A stretch of DNA of 18,579 bases, from contig JBIJBE010000058.1 of assembly GCA_044345405.1 (NCBI GenBank), positions 1-18,579 on the forward strand, read 5' to 3'. Source of the DNA: Bdellovibrionota bacterium. GTDB lineage: Bacteria; Bdellovibrionota_C; UBA2361; OMII01. Below, in pieces: positions 16,071-18,579 of the stretch. A program made the translations under genes and the position numbers. The stretch's first letter is position 1; each line of letters opens with the position of its first letter. The notes beneath the pieces are model-generated. The model saw only the letters and a program-made list of their open reading frames with translations, was not told where the DNA came from and ran no database searches.

Positions 16071-17747
16071 ATGCTGAAAGACGGTGGGCCACTTCGAAAG
16101 GAAGCGACCGATGTGAATGAGGCAACGGGCGACTCTCGGTGGGTTTGCAACCTCGCTGAGGGACTTCTCAGCCCATCGAACTCAGATAGACTTAGGCTAC
16201 GGGTACGGCCGGCGGTTCCGAGCTACGTCGAGCTGGGTCTTCCGTCGCTGAACGCTATCCCGGTCTCGAGCGCTTTCGCTCATCGGCATCCACTCAAAGA
16301 ATTTATCATTCAATCAAAACCCCTCGATACGGAGGATCTTGAACGGATCCTCCGGCACCCCGCGCTCGATCTCTCTTTGGTGGGCTTTCACTCCGGTACC
16401 GTCACGGCCGCCGTTCACGAACAACTAATGACCGCTTCGCGCGTCGGGGTTGAAGATTACTCCCGCAACATGTGGGCCCGCGATGGAATTATCACCGCGA
16501 CCGCGCTTAACAGGGCTGGCTTTTCGGATAAGGCGCACCAGATCGTTCGAAATTTATGGTCGTTCGCGGGGCAGGAGCAGCAACGTGGAAAGATCCTGCA
16601 GTTTCATTGGGGCGGTCCTGAGGTTTCTCGCAAGCTCTTCCTTGAGGGTAATAACGGTCCGCACATCAAGTACTCGGTGAACGCGGAAGGGAAACTTGAG
16701 ACGTGCAATCACGATTGGGGGCACCAACAGCTCGATGCCCTCGGCGCCATGTTGTGGGCACCGTATCGATTCGCTAATCAGGCCGCCAAGACATCGCCCA
16801 CCGGAGATGTGTTCAATCTGCGTGAACTGGATCCGATGTCGTGGGCGTCAGACTCTATTCTACCCGCGGCGATCAAGATGCTGCACGGCGTACAGGCGCA
16901 CGACACACTTGATTACGGACCGTGGGAAGATATTCGGCAGTGGCGGCGCGCCACGAGCGTTGGGATCGTTCTCGCGGCATTGCACGAAGCGCGCATCTAT
17001 CACGACCGTGAAGGGTGGGATCATCTTCCGGTGGAGTTTAACGGCAAGCAGGATGGCGACGCGTTCCGCGAGCAATTGATGTCGACCCTCTACAAGTGTC
17101 TGAACACGGTACAAGAGCGAATCCCTGAAGTTGGATTCGCGACCGAGTGTGATAGACGCCCCTGTGATTCCGCGATGACCCTTTTACTCTACCCGTTTGA
17201 TTGCAATTTAAAGGCCGAGCGACAGAACACGATCCTTCGCACCGTCTATCGCAATATGGGCGAAAATGGATTCCGTCGATGGGATAACGACTGTGAGGAG
17301 GGGCCCGACACCTACGTTGGACAGGACTATTTTCGAAACCTCGATCCCAAAGATAAAGGTGAGTTCGCCAAGGTGTGCGAAGGATTTCGACCGGCTGAGT
17401 GGACGCTTTTCGATCCGCTCCTCGCGGCGTACTACTACCGACGGTTCATTAAGTCCGCGGGTGTGGACACCGAGGCGTTCTCGTACGCGGATAAGCACCT
17501 CAAGCGCTCACTCTCGTTTATTACACCGGAACCGCACGACATGCGCGTGGAGGGGAAAGCGAGGGATTTTCACATCCCTGGTGGGATCCTTCCTGAGGCT
17601 TTTGCCTGGGATTCGGAGCGAGGCGCTTGGCGACCGAATCACAACTCTCCGCTCTTAATGGCGCAGGCCGCTCTCGGTTTAGCCTTTGAGCGGGCGCGCG
17701 AAGCGTGTAGGTTAAAGCGATCTACAGAGGCGTCGACACACAATTAG
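16071..17747 (+). CDS. GH15-like (alpha/alpha)6 glycoside hydrolase, bacterial phosphorylase-kinase alpha/beta-like family
   Basis: MWARD, WGHQQLDALG, GPWED, TSVG, DSAM.LLLYPF, GFRRW...DTY, AEWTLFDP, LPEAF and PNHNSPLLMAQA match the conserved blocks of this family. Confidence 0.8.
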   Translation: MLKDGGPLRKEATDVNEATGDSRWVCNLAEGLLSPSNSDRLRLRVRPAVPSYVELGLPSLNAIPVSSAFAHRHPLKEFIIQSKPLDTEDLERILRHPALDLSLVGFHSGTVTAAVHEQLMTASRVGVEDYSRNMWARDGIITATALNRAGFSDKAHQIVRNLWSFAGQEQQRGKILQFHWGGPEVSRKLFLEGNNGPHIKYSVNAEGKLETCNHDWGHQQLDALGAMLWAPYRFANQAAKTSPTGDVFNLRELDPMSWASDSILPAAIKMLHGVQAHDTLDYGPWEDIRQWRRATSVGIVLAALHEARIYHDREGWDHLPVEFNGKQDGDAFREQLMSTLYKCLNTVQERIPEVGFATECDRRPCDSAMTLLLYPFDCNLKAERQNTILRTVYRNMGENGFRRWDNDCEEGPDTYVGQDYFRNLDPKDKGEFAKVCEGFRPAEWTLFDPLLAAYYYRRFIKSAGVDTEAFSYADKHLKRSLSFITPEPHDMRVEGKARDFHIPGGILPEAFAWDSERGAWRPNHNSPLLMAQAALGLAFERAREACRLKRSTEASTHN

Positions 17748-17781
17748 GTCGTAGCTCACTGACGTAGTAGAGTTCTCTCGC

Positions 17782-18369
17782 ATGAAGGTATACGAGTCCA
17801 TAACATCCTTGTCGCCGGATTATGTCCGTGCCCTTCCTCGGGAGTATAGAGCGACCGATTGGAACGCCGACTCACTTCCTTTTCCTCTCTCGTGGTGCGT
17901 CGCCCTCGATCCAGACACCTTGTGGTTCCTCTGCTCCCTTGCTGGTGGGGAGCGTAGCTCCTCTCCTCGAGGAGAGTTTGTTGAGGGGTTGTGGGAAGAT
18001 GATGTCGCGGAGCTTTTTATTAAGTCGCCCGATGGAACATACCAAGAGTTGAATTTCGCTCCATCGGGCGCATGGTGGTCGATGACCCTCGATGACTATC
18101 GCGTTCGCAGGACTTCTCCACGGCGGCCTGAGATTCGACACATGACCACCTCAGTGGTAGGGGGGCAGTGGAGCTTTGTTGTGGGGCTCGCTCGAGCCTC
18201 GATGGAGGTGCCGCTTACTTCGCAGTCGGCCATTCACGTCTCGGGCATGTGGTACCAAGATGAGCCGAGGTATCTCTCATCCTCCCCGCCCGCAGGGATC
18301 GCTCCGGATTATCATCATCCCGGTTGCTTCGAAACGGTGCAGATGCTGTCCTGCTCTGGGTTGGGGTAA
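17782..18369 (+). CDS. DOMON-like / CBM9-like domain protein
   Basis: EGLWEDDVAELFI....YQELNFAPSGAWW....DYR and C-terminal PDYH...F resemble stand-alone DOMON-like (murB-associated type) domains. Starts 34 bp after the GH15-like gene. Confidence 0.7.
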   Translation: MKVYESITSLSPDYVRALPREYRATDWNADSLPFPLSWCVALDPDTLWFLCSLAGGERSSSPRGEFVEGLWEDDVAELFIKSPDGTYQELNFAPSGAWWSMTLDDYRVRRTSPRRPEIRHMTTSVVGGQWSFVVGLARASMEVPLTSQSAIHVSGMWYQDEPRYLSSSPPAGIAPDYHHPGCFETVQMLSCSGLG

Positions 18370-18579
18370 GTTGCCGATATCGCAGCAGCTTTCGAATGGG
18401 CCGCGCCAAAACAGTGAGTTGTACAAAGCGTTCTCCCTGTGCTAATCTCCCAGCATCTCTCGGCAGGTCCCTGCCATTTTGGGTGTGTCTCTCACACTCA
18501 TCAACGTAACTCCGATGCACGTCTGTGTCGTTGGGTCGCGCTACACAAGCGGAGCGTTGGCTACTGGCTGCGCTTCGAA

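Noticed and set aside
18515-18579. Edge fragments: plus-strand MHVCVVGSRY... (Rossmann-like start) or minus-strand ...FEAQPVANAPLV* ending at 18541
   Set aside because: Too short to call; the plus-strand peptide lacks an intact GxGxxG.

Overview
Mostly core-genome bacterial DNA. The organism cannot be identified from sequence alone; gene content loosely suggests a Deltaproteobacteria/Bdellovibrionota-like diderm. In order: a 3'-truncated two-domain GT2 glycosyltransferase (minus strand, missed by the ORF track), lolA-rimO, tal-zwf, a FadE-type acyl-CoA dehydrogenase, an orphan Flp-pilin-like protein with a long acidic tail, a host-attachment/baeRF-family protein, a B12-binding radical SAM enzyme, hrpA, an orphan Zn-finger/coiled-coil gene, and a GH15/phosphorylase-kinase-like plus DOMON-like pair. 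No rRNA, tRNA, CRISPR array, transposase or integrase was found. The most unusual feature is at the hrpA 3' end. Its last 14 codons occur twice, 201 bp apart, as two diverged alleles. Between them lies a degenerate 6/7-mer repeat array that folds into an ungapped 41-position hairpin with periodic symmetric mismatches. This looks like a small, gene-less insertion that replaced the gene's 3' end.
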